Assembly: GCA_043798985.1 (NCBI GenBank)
Contig: JAZDOE010000023.1
Span: 3,626 to 67,625 of the forward strand
Reading direction: 5' to 3'
Source: Candidatus Falkowbacteria bacterium
Lineage (GTDB): Bacteria; Patescibacteriota; Patescibacteriia; UBA11705; JACRDX01
DNA length: 64,000 nucleotides
This document shows positions 43,657 to 53,069 of this stretch, one piece after another; position 1 is the first letter of the stretch; every line of letters starts with the position of its first letter. The notes under the pieces were generated by a model, which searched no databases, was not told the origin of the DNA, and worked only from the letters and a program-made list of their open reading frames with translations. The translations under genes were made by a program, and so were the position numbers.

Positions 43657-45804
43657 ATGCTCTCACCACAGCATAAACTCACAATTGAAGAGCTATATTT
43701 ACCCGGCCAGACAACCAATGGCAATTATATTTGCGAAAATTTTATCGTTTATCCGCAGGACAAAGAAAAGTACGGCGGATTTATTTTTGGCATTGTTGAA
43801 ATAAAGGCAACACAAAAAGCAGAGGGCGAAAAAATAATTCAGGCGTTAGTTAATACTGTCAAAGAAAAATATTATCAGCAGATACTGGCGTCTCCACAAC
43901 CACAGCGATTGAATCTGGAAACAATTTTAGAATACGCGCTACAAAAAGCAAACGAAGTTTTGTTGGAAATGGCGCAGATCGGCTACATTACTTGGCGCAA
44001 AGAAAATATAAATTTTATTATTGCAGTTGCAAAGCCAGACATAAAAAGCCATGAAACCAACCTATACTTTACACATCATGGACAAATGAACGCGTCCCTG
44101 ATTCATAGATCATCTCGCGGCGGCTACAAAGCCATTAACATAATTGAAAGCGTAAATGACAAGGACAACCATTCGCAAAAACTCTTTTCTTCAACCATCG
44201 CGGGCAAATTAACGCTACACGACCGCTTTTTAATTGCCACAGAAGCGTTTTCAAATATCATATCCGCATACCAGATTACAAAAATCTGCGATGAATATTC
44301 AATTGCCGGCGCCAAGGATTATTTACGAGCTCTAATTCTGAACAACGCGACTCAAGCCAACTTTTTGACGCACAGCGCGATAATGCTCGGCATGGAAAAA
44401 GAAACGCTCGCAGCAGGACAACCTATCTCGCAACTCTCAATGAATGAACTCATTTCCACGACTAAACATACTGAAAAGCTACTGATGCCCACGATCGCGC
44501 TCAACATAAACGAAAAAATAAGAAGCATTATCAGCCATTTTGGCAAAAAGCAAAAACCATTGCAGCTGCCAATCACTACTCAAAAAACAGCAATTTGGAA
44601 TAGATTTCCATTTGCGATTCTCTATTACATTGTACTCGGCGCGAAAAATCTTTTTGCTTATTTGGCGCAAATTGTCACAGGCAAAAAGAAGTTAAGTTTG
44701 CCTACCATAAAAGCGCCGATAATACAACGCATGACGCTGGTCGCAATCGTTTTGGTTGTCATTGCAATTGCCACCACGATCGGGCTGGTTCAACATCATA
44801 AGACAAACACTTTAAAAGCCGAAGCATATGCCGTGCAGGTTGAAGCCGTAAAATCAAAGTTGAATGACGCTGAATTTGCGCAGATTGCGCAAAATGGAAA
44901 TGATAGCCTCTCAAACGTGCTGGCAGCAGAACAACTGTTAAACCAAATGCCAAATGAAAATAACGATGAGAAAGCCACAAACGAAACACTCGCGACTCAA
45001 ATCACCAATCTTAAAAACAAGTTATTACATATTGAAAAAACTTTGCCGCAAATTTTCACAGAGCCGCTCGTGAATGGACAACCGGTTGTTTTAAGCAGGA
45101 TAGACATTGACGCAAAATCAAACGTTCTCATTGGCATTAGCGGTCAAAATCTTTATTTCATAAACACCGAATCCAAAAATATTGAAAACATTGCCGGCGC
45201 TGACGCAAATATTGCTAATCTATCCTTAGATGAAGGCGTTGCATACGCGCTTACAGATAAAAATGAACTGTGGCAAATTGAAACTGACAAAAAAATCAGC
45301 AAATTAAACTTTTCTTTTTCACAGGCACCGCTAGATTTCGCTGTTTATGGAAATTTGTATTTCATAAACGCGGGTGACAACCAAATTTTTAAAGCGAAAA
45401 AAAATGGCACTACTTTTAGCGAGCCGCAAACATGGCTTAAAATCAATTCGCCGCTTAACCAACCGGTTGATCTAAGCATTGATGGCAACATCTTCGTCGT
45501 AGATTCTGTAAACAAAACCCACAAATTCTACGCAGGAAAAATGGAAAATTTCATGGATACGATTATTGAGCCAAAGCCCCAACAAATAACCAAAGTTTTT
45601 ACATCAGCTGACACAAAATATCTTTATCTGTTTGATCCAGCCGGTAAACGAATCGTTGTGTTAAACAAAGAAGGCGAATTAACAAAACAATATTTATTTG
45701 AAACATTGGACAATATCACAGACTTTACCGTCAACGAAAAAGATAAAAAAATCTATCTGAACGCCGGCAGCAAAATATACCAAGCTGATTTAACGCATTT
45801 ATAA
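43657..45804 (+). CDS. Membrane protein: degenerate PP2C-like N-terminus, TM, C-terminal beta-propeller
   Basis: AGKLTLHDRFLIAT; TM near aa 360-378; NHL-like repeats (DLSIDGNIFV, YLYLFDP). Confidence 0.65.
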   Translation: MLSPQHKLTIEELYLPGQTTNGNYICENFIVYPQDKEKYGGFIFGIVEIKATQKAEGEKIIQALVNTVKEKYYQQILASPQPQRLNLETILEYALQKANEVLLEMAQIGYITWRKENINFIIAVAKPDIKSHETNLYFTHHGQMNASLIHRSSRGGYKAINIIESVNDKDNHSQKLFSSTIAGKLTLHDRFLIATEAFSNIISAYQITKICDEYSIAGAKDYLRALILNNATQANFLTHSAIMLGMEKETLAAGQPISQLSMNELISTTKHTEKLLMPTIALNINEKIRSIISHFGKKQKPLQLPITTQKTAIWNRFPFAILYYIVLGAKNLFAYLAQIVTGKKKLSLPTIKAPIIQRMTLVAIVLVVIAIATTIGLVQHHKTNTLKAEAYAVQVEAVKSKLNDAEFAQIAQNGNDSLSNVLAAEQLLNQMPNENNDEKATNETLATQITNLKNKLLHIEKTLPQIFTEPLVNGQPVVLSRIDIDAKSNVLIGISGQNLYFINTESKNIENIAGADANIANLSLDEGVAYALTDKNELWQIETDKKISKLNFSFSQAPLDFAVYGNLYFINAGDNQIFKAKKNGTTFSEPQTWLKINSPLNQPVDLSIDGNIFVVDSVNKTHKFYAGKMENFMDTIIEPKPQQITKVFTSADTKYLYLFDPAGKRIVVLNKEGELTKQYLFETLDNITDFTVNEKDKKIYLNAGSKIYQADLTHL

Positions 45805-45809
45805 CAAAC

Positions 45810-45846
45810 AAAACCCCGCCTCGGCCAAATGACCGGGCGGGGTTTT
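45810..45846. terminator. Bidirectional terminator hairpin, 36/37 identical to 12559-12595
   Basis: AAAACCCCGCCTCGGCCAAATGACCGGGCGGGGTTTT between convergent genes. Confidence 0.85.
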
Positions 45847-45858
45847 TGTTGATAAAAT

Positions 45859-46311
45859 TTATTTTAATGTCACTGTTCCACCTGCCGTTTCAACCTTTTT
45901 CTTAATTTCTTCGGCTTCTTCTTTCTTTACTTTTTCCTTAATCATGCTTGGCGCTCCATCAACTTTGTCTTTTGCTTCTTTCAATCCAAGACCAGTCACT
46001 TCTTTAACGACCTTGATAACGGCAATCTTGTTATTGCCAACAGAAGTTAACTCAACGTTGAATTCTGTTTTCTCTTCAACCGCGGCCGCGCCAGCGCCCG
46101 CAGCTGCTCCAGCTGCCATTGCCATTACTGGCGCGGCCGCTGAAACTCCAAATTTGTCTTCCAAAACTTTGACCAATTCTGAAAGATCCAAAACTGACAT
46201 TTTTTCAATTTCTCCCACTAATTTCGCGAACTTTTCAGGCACAATCACCTCTTTCGTGTCCGCCGTAGCCCCGCCGCTGGCGTGGGCGGAGGTGGATTTT
46301 TCGTCTGCCAT
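45859..46311 (-). CDS. rplL: 50S ribosomal protein L7/L12
   Basis: [31 protein letters not shown]; start ATG 46311. Confidence 0.97.
   Translation of the reverse strand: MADEKSTSAHASGGATADTKEVIVPEKFAKLVGEIEKMSVLDLSELVKVLEDKFGVSAAAPVMAMAAGAAAGAGAAAVEEKTEFNVELTSVGNNKIAVIKVVKEVTGLGLKEAKDKVDGAPSMIKEKVKKEEAEEIKKKVETAGGTVTLK
46259..46296. repeat. Nested palindromic element in-frame in the rplL 5' end
   Basis: TCCGCCGTAGC-[CCCGCCGCTGGCGTG]-GGCGGAGGTGGA. Confidence 0.75.
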
Positions 46312-46315
46312 AAAT

Positions 46316-46837
46316 TTATTGTTTATTATTTTTAATTGCATTTAACGCACTGACCAACCCTCTCAAATTTCCAGCCAACACATTGGCAAATCCAGAAATC
46401 GGACCATTCATCGTATAAACCAGCTGAGCCAAAAGCTCCTGCTTGCCCGGCAAACTCGCCAGCTGCTTAATCATTTCCTGATTGATGACCTTGTTTTCCA
46501 AAACTCCCTGCCAAAACTTCACATGCTCTTTTCCTTTTGCAAAATTGACCGCTAGTTTCGCAGGCGCAATTTCATCGCTTCCGAAAATAACCGCCAAACT
46601 TCCTTCTAAGGATGTTGAATCAATTCCCTCAATTCCCTGCTCAATCAACGCGCGCTTAAAAAGCGTCTTTTTCGCCGCGATAACCTCTGCTTTTGCCTCG
46701 CGGCATTTGTTGCGCAAATCTTCAAGTTCGCTTACCTTTAAAGCGTTATAACTTGAAACGACAAAAGATTTCGCCGTTTTGATTTTATTTGCCAATGTCT
46801 TTTGTATAGACTCTTTTTGTTGTTTAGTTTTTGCCAT
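46316..46837 (-). CDS. rplJ: 50S ribosomal protein L10
   Basis: [22 protein letters not shown]; upstream of rplL. Confidence 0.95.
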   Translation of the reverse strand: MAKTKQQKESIQKTLANKIKTAKSFVVSSYNALKVSELEDLRNKCREAKAEVIAAKKTLFKRALIEQGIEGIDSTSLEGSLAVIFGSDEIAPAKLAVNFAKGKEHVKFWQGVLENKVINQEMIKQLASLPGKQELLAQLVYTMNGPISGFANVLAGNLRGLVSALNAIKNNKQ

Positions 46838-46844
46838 AAATTGA

Positions 46845-46952
46845 AAAAACGGGCTCTTAACCCGCAGACAAAATAAGCATGTGCCTCGGCAAGCCTTTCA
46901 ACGTTTATTCGCTGAAAATTTGAGCTTTTTGCGCTTGCTGTCTACGGTCTTA
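46845..46952 (-). ncRNA. L10 leader cis-regulatory RNA
   Basis: CCGTAGACAGCAAG...CTTGCCGAGG...TGTCTGCGG then hairpin and U tract, upstream of rplJ. Confidence 0.75.
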
Positions 46953-47025
46953 ATTTATAAAAACATTTTAACAAAGAAAAAACCGCTTGTCAATAATTAA
47001 AATCTGGCTAAAATTACGCGCCTTA

Positions 47026-47694
47026 TTACCCAATTTTTGTACCCACAAATTCTTTACCATCCAAAAAATTTTCCAAATTATCGCCATTCATCACAATAAC
47101 TGCGATATTATTTTCTTCAGCGAATTTGCTGGCAATCGGATCAAACGGCAAATTCGCGCCCGGCACCCATTCATTGCCAACAATCTTTTTAAAATCTGCC
47201 CAGCTGATATTTTTTATTGCTTCAGCATCTGGAAACTTTCTCGGATCTTTGGTGTAAACATAATCAATATTGGACAAATTTACAACGCAATCAGCGTTAA
47301 ATTTCTTTGCCAATAAAACCGCGACATAATCGGTTGACCAGCCCGGCTTCCATCCCCCACCAATAATCATGGACTGATCTTCAAACTCAACATCTTCCGG
47401 AGAAAGAAAAATAGAATTCCCAGCTGTTGGCCAAAGCGCCAAACGCAACAACGTTGCGTTTAAGCGCGTCGCGGCGATTCCAACTTCATCTAACGCCGCA
47501 GAGCTCCTATTAAACTGTTTCAATGCTTTTTGATATTTTCTCGCGGCTCCGCCGCCACCAGCAACAATTGCGAACCGGCTGCCAAGCGCTGTTTTCTTTT
47601 CCAAAACATTTTTAATTTTTTTGATAAAATTAACATCAATTTGATCTGGCGCGATTAACGATCCGCCAATTGATAAGACAAATAATTTAGACAT
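47026..47694 (-). CDS. pyrH: UMP kinase, archaeal-type
   Basis: SIGGS, GGGGAARKY, PGWSTD, DPRK, PFDPIA. Confidence 0.9.
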   Translation of the reverse strand: MSKLFVLSIGGSLIAPDQIDVNFIKKIKNVLEKKTALGSRFAIVAGGGGAARKYQKALKQFNRSSAALDEVGIAATRLNATLLRLALWPTAGNSIFLSPEDVEFEDQSMIIGGGWKPGWSTDYVAVLLAKKFNADCVVNLSNIDYVYTKDPRKFPDAEAIKNISWADFKKIVGNEWVPGANLPFDPIASKFAEENNIAVIVMNGDNLENFLDGKEFVGTKIG

Positions 47695-47702
47695 AGCCGT
47701 TA

Positions 47703-47840
47703 AAATTCGAAATCCGAAATTCTAAATCCGAAACAAATTCCAAACCTGACCACGCCTGCCGGCGGGCAGGAATCCGAATGTTTCAAACATTGAAAAATTA
47801 GTATTTCGGGCTTGTTTCGTATTTCGATATTCGTGCTTCG
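47703..47840. repeat. Composite heptamer-arm inverted repeat, copy B, with nested palindrome (47751-47770)
   Basis: Same core as 22952-23086. Confidence 0.85.
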
Positions 47841-47852
47841 TGTTTTTTATTA

Positions 47853-49031
47853 TTATTCTAAAATTTTAATTAATTTTTCAGCTTGTTTTGCCCATTGAAA
47901 CTCTTTGCGCGCTCTGGCGTTCGCGCGCTGACCCAGCAAATCAGCGAACTGCCCATCATCAAGCAACCTGCTTATTGCTTTTACAATGTCACCAACATCT
48001 TCGGGATTAACAAGGATGCCTGTTTTATTATGTTCAACAGCTTCACTAACACCACCACTTTTGCCGGCGATTGCAGGTTTACCGCACAATGCCGCTTCCA
48101 GATAAACAATTCCAAAGCCCTCAACATCGCCGTCTGGCAACTCTCTTGATGGCATTATAAAAATATTGGCAATATCATAAAATAACGGCAGCTCATCATT
48201 CCTGACTTTTGTGAACAAATAAACGCTTTCCGCGAGATTCGCGTCTTTTATCCTGCGTTCCAATTTTTCCTGATTCTGTCCACGACCAACAATTAAATAC
48301 ACAAGATCAGGATATTTGTCCCGCAAAAATTGCAACGCGCTGATTACTTGATCATGCCCTTTTCGTTCAACCAATCTGCCAACGGTCAATAGCACTCGGT
48401 TATTTTTAAATTTATCCAGACCCAATCTGCGCACCAACAAATCCGCTGCCCGCGGCATCAAAATTACATTTTCATTTGGACAAGGATAAACAACAATTCT
48501 GCGCTCTGGTAATTTTTCTGTAAAATTTTGAACCAATCCCATTGTAAATTCGCTGTTCGTGATTATAGCGTCTGCCTTGGCCAAAATTTTCTTTGCCAGC
48601 CATTTTTTACGCCAATATAATCCGCATCGCGCAATATCCATTCCATGCAAAGACACGAAATATGGAATACGTAAAAAAAACTTTAATATTAAAGCAATCG
48701 CGGCGCCGGGTAAAATTTGTCCGACGATTATTTGTTCAATTTTTTCCCTGCGGCAAAGTTTCCACGCGTGACGTAAAAATGGCAACCATTTTGGCCAGAT
48801 CCATCCGCCGAGCTTGCCCGACGTAGCCCCATGGGCGAAGGCGGGCCACAAAAGATTATAACGATAAATCAGATATGGCTGGCGCATGTCAAAATCCAAA
48901 GACGACGCTGCCTCCGGCGCCAAAACAACAATATCTTCTCTTGGCAAATTCTTGCACAAATTTGACCAATAAGTCGCAATGCCTCCGACCATTGGCGCAA
49001 AATCCAAAGTTATCAATAACGTTTTCTTCAT
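47853..49031 (-). CDS. GT4 family glycosyltransferase
   Basis: GGIATY, VGRLVERKG, EGFGIVYLEA, SGG. Confidence 0.93.
   Translation of the reverse strand: MKKTLLITLDFAPMVGGIATYWSNLCKNLPREDIVVLAPEAASSLDFDMRQPYLIYRYNLLWPAFAHGATSGKLGGWIWPKWLPFLRHAWKLCRREKIEQIIVGQILPGAAIALILKFFLRIPYFVSLHGMDIARCGLYWRKKWLAKKILAKADAIITNSEFTMGLVQNFTEKLPERRIVVYPCPNENVILMPRAADLLVRRLGLDKFKNNRVLLTVGRLVERKGHDQVISALQFLRDKYPDLVYLIVGRGQNQEKLERRIKDANLAESVYLFTKVRNDELPLFYDIANIFIMPSRELPDGDVEGFGIVYLEAALCGKPAIAGKSGGVSEAVEHNKTGILVNPEDVGDIVKAISRLLDDGQFADLLGQRANARARKEFQWAKQAEKLIKILE
48816..48846. repeat. Palindromic element in-frame in GT4
   Basis: GCCCGACGTAGCCCCATGGGCGAAGGCGGGC encodes PAFAHGATSG. Confidence 0.75.
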
Positions 49032-49033
49032 AT

Positions 49034-50494
49034 CTAATCTGTCTCTACGGCGTTGGCATGACGGCTAAATATTTCTTTAAAAAACTTAATCTGTTCTTTT
49101 CCAAATCCACGAATTAAATACAACACAATCAAATAAACCGGCGCGGCAATCGCGATAACGATAAAAATATTAATTCTCGTTTTGAGCATCAAAACACAAG
49201 CAAGCATTACTAATCCGCTCAAAACAGTTTTAAACAAAATTTTGAAAAGACGCGCGCCCGAATAGTTGATAATTTGGCGCGCGAAATACAAATTTACAAC
49301 AAACAACAAACCATGACTTATCAAAAACGCGATTGCCGCGCCAACATAAGAAAATTTTGGAATCAACAAAAAATTTAACGCCGCGTTAACGCACATTGTC
49401 GCGCCGTAAAGACTAACGTTCAGCTTTTGTCTGTCACAGGCATTCAACAACGCGCCGATTGGATAATTTAAAAACACAAAAATCATCGCGATTCCTAAAA
49501 TTTTCAAAGCTTCAACTCCGGGTAAATATTCAGCTCCGTAAAATTTAAAAATAATTTCTCCGCTTATGCCCGCGATTCCAATTCCAATTGGCACTGCCAA
49601 AATCGCCAAAACCGACATTGATTCATCAAAAATTCTTTTCAACCGTTCTTTGGCAATAGCAAAACTTTCGCTAAACGCAGGAAATATTGCCGCTGCCAAA
49701 GCTGATGGAATAAAAACCAAGGCAGCCGGTAATTTATACGCCGCGCTATAATAACCTAACGCGGCATCGCCTGCCAAATATGACAATAAAATAGAATCCA
49801 AATACGTATAAACCCTGCTAAAAATACCGATTAATGCAAAAGCAATAGAAACCCGCATCAAACTTTTAATAACAGCGCGCTCCAACTTAGGAATAAGTTT
49901 TAATCCAACTTTTTTGCCTACTAAAATTGCTGAAAAAAACGCGCTCCACAAACTGGCAAAAATAAATGGAACAATCAGATAAACAAGTCCAAGCTTTAAC
50001 CACAAAACGCAAAATCCAATCAACAAAACAATAACCTGATAAATAACAATATTTATTGCTTCATATTTTAAATTTTGTTGGCTACGAAAAACACCCCAAA
50101 ATGACAAAATGAATGAATCCAATACCATCACAATGCCAGACAAATACACCATTGTGCGCACAGTTTCAGAATATCCCAGCAAATTAACTGTCACCACCAA
50201 AATGGCGTAAGTTATCAATGACAAAAACAATTTTGAAGAAAATACCGCTGAAAAATAGCTCTGACTACGCTCTTTATTTTTTGCCATTTCACGAATCAGT
50301 GTCTGACTCAACCCCAAATCAGCAAAAACTCCGAACAACGAAGCAAATGCCATTGCGAACGCGTACTTGCCCAAATCAGAAGCGCCGATTATTCTCGCGA
50401 TTACGATAAAATAAAAAAGGGCAAGAATCTTTTGCCCAATATAAGCGCACGTCAAATAGGTCGTATTGCGAGTAATCCTCCCCATCATAAACAA
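49034..50494 (-). CDS. Wzx-type oligosaccharide flippase
   Basis: Multi-TM; DLGLSQTLIRE, GYYSAAY, LIPKFSYVGAA. Confidence 0.9.
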   Translation of the reverse strand: MFMMGRITRNTTYLTCAYIGQKILALFYFIVIARIIGASDLGKYAFAMAFASLFGVFADLGLSQTLIREMAKNKERSQSYFSAVFSSKLFLSLITYAILVVTVNLLGYSETVRTMVYLSGIVMVLDSFILSFWGVFRSQQNLKYEAINIVIYQVIVLLIGFCVLWLKLGLVYLIVPFIFASLWSAFFSAILVGKKVGLKLIPKLERAVIKSLMRVSIAFALIGIFSRVYTYLDSILLSYLAGDAALGYYSAAYKLPAALVFIPSALAAAIFPAFSESFAIAKERLKRIFDESMSVLAILAVPIGIGIAGISGEIIFKFYGAEYLPGVEALKILGIAMIFVFLNYPIGALLNACDRQKLNVSLYGATMCVNAALNFLLIPKFSYVGAAIAFLISHGLLFVVNLYFARQIINYSGARLFKILFKTVLSGLVMLACVLMLKTRINIFIVIAIAAPVYLIVLYLIRGFGKEQIKFFKEIFSRHANAVETD

Positions 50495-50501
50495 AAGAAA
50501 A

Positions 50502-50978
50502 TTAGCGCTTGCTCCACTGTGGCGCGCGGCGAGCTCTTTTCAAACCCGGCTTTTTGCGCTCTTTTTTCCGCGCGTCGCGTTTCAAATATCCAGCTTTTTT
50601 AAGGGGCTTTCTAAAATTAAGATTTAAATCAACCAATGCGCGAGAAATTCCATGTCTGATTGCTTCTGCTTGTCCAACTATCCCACCACCAATCACTTTT
50701 ATTGTAATGTCAATTTTATCCAATTGTCCGATTGCCAACAACGGCGCGTTAATAATCTCGCACAAACCAGCATTAAAATATTCCTTAATCGGCTTATCAT
50801 TAACTAAAATCTCGCCTTTGCCATTTTTGTAAAGTCTAACTTTCGCAATCGCTGTTTTTCGACGGCCAACAGCATAAAGATATTCAGACTTTTTCTCCTG
50901 CTTTTCTGGTTTTTCAATTTTTTTTGATTTTGGAGACGATTCATGAATTGTCTCTACCTTACTAGATTTTCTGGGCAT
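50502..50978 (-). CDS. rpsI: 30S ribosomal protein S9
   Basis: GRRKTAIAKV, GGG..GQAEAIRHG, ERKKPG, QWSKR. Confidence 0.97.
   Translation of the reverse strand: MPRKSSKVETIHESSPKSKKIEKPEKQEKKSEYLYAVGRRKTAIAKVRLYKNGKGEILVNDKPIKEYFNAGLCEIINAPLLAIGQLDKIDITIKVIGGGIVGQAEAIRHGISRALVDLNLNFRKPLKKAGYLKRDARKKERKKPGLKRARRAPQWSKR
50930..50957. repeat. 28-bp GTAG-type REP in-frame in rpsI
   Basis: Minus strand GTAGAGACAATTCATGAATCGTCTCCAA encodes VETIHESSP. Confidence 0.85.
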
Positions 50979-50981
50979 AAA

Positions 50982-51329
50982 TTATTTAATATTCAAACGC
51001 TTAATCATCTTTGCGCGCATTCTATTTGTTGGCAACATATGATAAACAGCATTCCACAAAATAAACTCCGGTTTTTCCGCCAACATTTTTTTCATTTGCG
51101 TTTCGCGCAAACCACCCGGATGACGAGAATGATGATAATAAATTTTTTGTTCAAGTTTATTGCCAGTGAACTTCATTTTAGCGACATTCGTCACCTCAAC
51201 AAAATCGCCTCCGTCAATATTTGCCTGCCATGCAACCTTATGTTTGCCGCGCAACAAAATAGCAATCTGCGAAGCCAATCTTCCCAAAACTTTTCCTTCC
51301 GCGTCAAATTTATGTATTTTCCTATCCAT
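50982..51329 (-). CDS. rplM: 50S ribosomal protein L13 (short)
   Basis: DAEGKVLGRLAS, LRGKHK, YYHHS.HPGG. Confidence 0.95.
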   Translation of the reverse strand: MDRKIHKFDAEGKVLGRLASQIAILLRGKHKVAWQANIDGGDFVEVTNVAKMKFTGNKLEQKIYYHHSRHPGGLRETQMKKMLAEKPEFILWNAVYHMLPTNRMRAKMIKRLNIK

Positions 51330-51331
51330 AC

Positions 51332-51685
51332 TTATACAAATTCTATAATCGCTTTTTTAGCGTTGTCACCAACGCGTCGCGGCGCCAGCTTTATAATTCT
51401 GGTATAACCGCCTTTTCTTTCTTTATATTTGACTGCTAATTCATTGAACACTTTGAAAGCGGCTTTCTCATCTCCAAAAAACGCCAAGAGCTGGCGCCGT
51501 GCTGCTAAAGTCGCCTTCTTTCCAACTGTAATCTGCTTTTCAATAAGCGGCCGCAAAACACGGGCCTTAGCTTCTGTCGTTTCAATTTTTCCTGCCAAAA
51601 CCAAACTTCGCGCCAAACCGCGCAATAACGCGCGACGTGGTCCGATTGCTCTATCTAAAATTTTTCCTGAATCTCGGTGTCTCAT
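51332..51685 (-). CDS. rplQ: 50S ribosomal protein L17
   Basis: MRHR, IETTEAKA, GGYTRI, GDNA. Confidence 0.96.
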   Translation of the reverse strand: MRHRDSGKILDRAIGPRRALLRGLARSLVLAGKIETTEAKARVLRPLIEKQITVGKKATLAARRQLLAFFGDEKAAFKVFNELAVKYKERKGGYTRIIKLAPRRVGDNAKKAIIEFV

Positions 51686-51687
51686 AT

Positions 51688-52398
51688 TTATTTAGAATCT
51701 TTTTTTTCAACTTCTTCTTCGCCTTTGAACAAAGAAAGATGATCTCCCAAAATTTTAATCACCTGCTCAACAGCTTCTTTCGGCGTAATGGTTCCGTCTG
51801 TTTCAATGTTCATTGTCAATTTATCATAGTTTGTAATATCGCCAACGCGCGTATTTTCCACCTGATAACCAACATTAACAACCGGCGTGAACAACGCGTC
51901 AACCATGATTGTGCCGATTTCCAAATCCTGCTTTTTGCGTTCTTCTGTCGGCCAATACCCGCGTCCTTTTTCAACTGTGATTTCCATTTCCAAAACACCA
52001 GCCTTGTCCGAAATTGTCGCAATGTGCAGCTCTGGATTGGCAATCTCAACCGAACTATTTTTCTCAATGTCTTTAGCCGTCACCCTTTTTTCACCTTTTG
52101 CTTTCAATGTTAGCTTTACCGCTTCATCGCTAAAAACTTTTAGCCGCAATCCTTTCAAATTCAAGCAAATTTCCAAAACATCTTCTTTGACATTCGGAAT
52201 CGCGGAAAATTCCTGCGCCACACCGTTAATTTTAACTGCTGTGACAGCCGCACCCGGCAAAGAAGACAACAAAACTCTTCGCAACATGTTGCCAATCGTT
52301 GTTCCATAACCAAAATACAATGGCTCAACAATCAAATTCGCCTTGTTGTTTTCAATCTCTTCGTACCTTATTTTTGATGGCAAGAGAAATTTATCCAT
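51688..52398 (-). CDS. rpoA: RNA polymerase alpha subunit lacking the C-terminal domain
   Basis: EPL..GYGTTIGN.LRRVLLSS, GRGY, DALFTPV, TDG; ends at aa 236. Confidence 0.95.
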   Translation of the reverse strand: MDKFLLPSKIRYEEIENNKANLIVEPLYFGYGTTIGNMLRRVLLSSLPGAAVTAVKINGVAQEFSAIPNVKEDVLEICLNLKGLRLKVFSDEAVKLTLKAKGEKRVTAKDIEKNSSVEIANPELHIATISDKAGVLEMEITVEKGRGYWPTEERKKQDLEIGTIMVDALFTPVVNVGYQVENTRVGDITNYDKLTMNIETDGTITPKEAVEQVIKILGDHLSLFKGEEEVEKKDSK

Positions 52399-52425
52399 AA
52401 AAACCCCTCCTTATTTTTAAATATT

Positions 52426-53064
52426 TTATCGTGAATAAAACTCAATAATCGCTTTAATATCAAACGCTGGTCTTTGCTTTTCCAAAGATGGCATTCCAGT
52501 CACCTTGCCAGTTGCTTCCTTCGCATCAAAATCCAACCAATCAACCATCTCCTTATTGTGCCGTGTTTCCAAAAGCTGCGACAAAGTTGGAGACTTTTTA
52601 CTTTTCTCTTTTATGGAAATAACATCATTAAGCTTAACCAAAAAAGATGGAATGGTCACTTTTTTACCATTAACTTTAAAATGCCCGTGATTTACCAGTT
52701 GTCTGGCTTGGCGCCGTGAGCTTCCCAATCCCAAACGATAGATTACATTGTCCAAACGGCATTCCAGCAATCTGAATAATTCGTCTTCGCTGTTTCCTCT
52801 TTTACTTACAGCTTTTTCGTAACATTTAGAAAACTGTGCCTCCAAAATACCATAAACACGCTTTGCTTTTTGCTTCGCGCGCAACTGAATTCCATAACCA
52901 GTAAGCGACGCGCCACCAGATCCTTGTTTCGGGCCATGAACCCCCGGCGCAAAATTTCGCTTAACCATCGCGCACTTTTGAGTATTACAACGATCACCTT
53001 TTAAAAAAAGTTTTAACCCTTCTCGCCTGCATTGCTTGCATTGTGGATCAATATTTCTGCCCAT
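52426..53064 (-). CDS. rpsD: 30S ribosomal protein S4
   Basis: CKQCRRE, RLDNVIYR, ARQLVNHGH, IIEFYSR. Confidence 0.97.
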   Translation of the reverse strand: MGRNIDPQCKQCRREGLKLFLKGDRCNTQKCAMVKRNFAPGVHGPKQGSGGASLTGYGIQLRAKQKAKRVYGILEAQFSKCYEKAVSKRGNSEDELFRLLECRLDNVIYRLGLGSSRRQARQLVNHGHFKVNGKKVTIPSFLVKLNDVISIKEKSKKSPTLSQLLETRHNKEMVDWLDFDAKEATGKVTGMPSLEKQRPAFDIKAIIEFYSR

Positions 53065-53069
53065 AATTT

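Noticed and set aside
49034-49050. GTAGAGAC at the flippase 3' end (AVETD)
   Set aside because: Only 8 nt of one REP arm, with no partner arm.
50982-51329. Short L13, and likewise short ProRS, AlaRS and TsaB, as pseudogenes
   Set aside because: Clean stops, intact core motifs and tight gene packing fit streamlined CPR-type forms.
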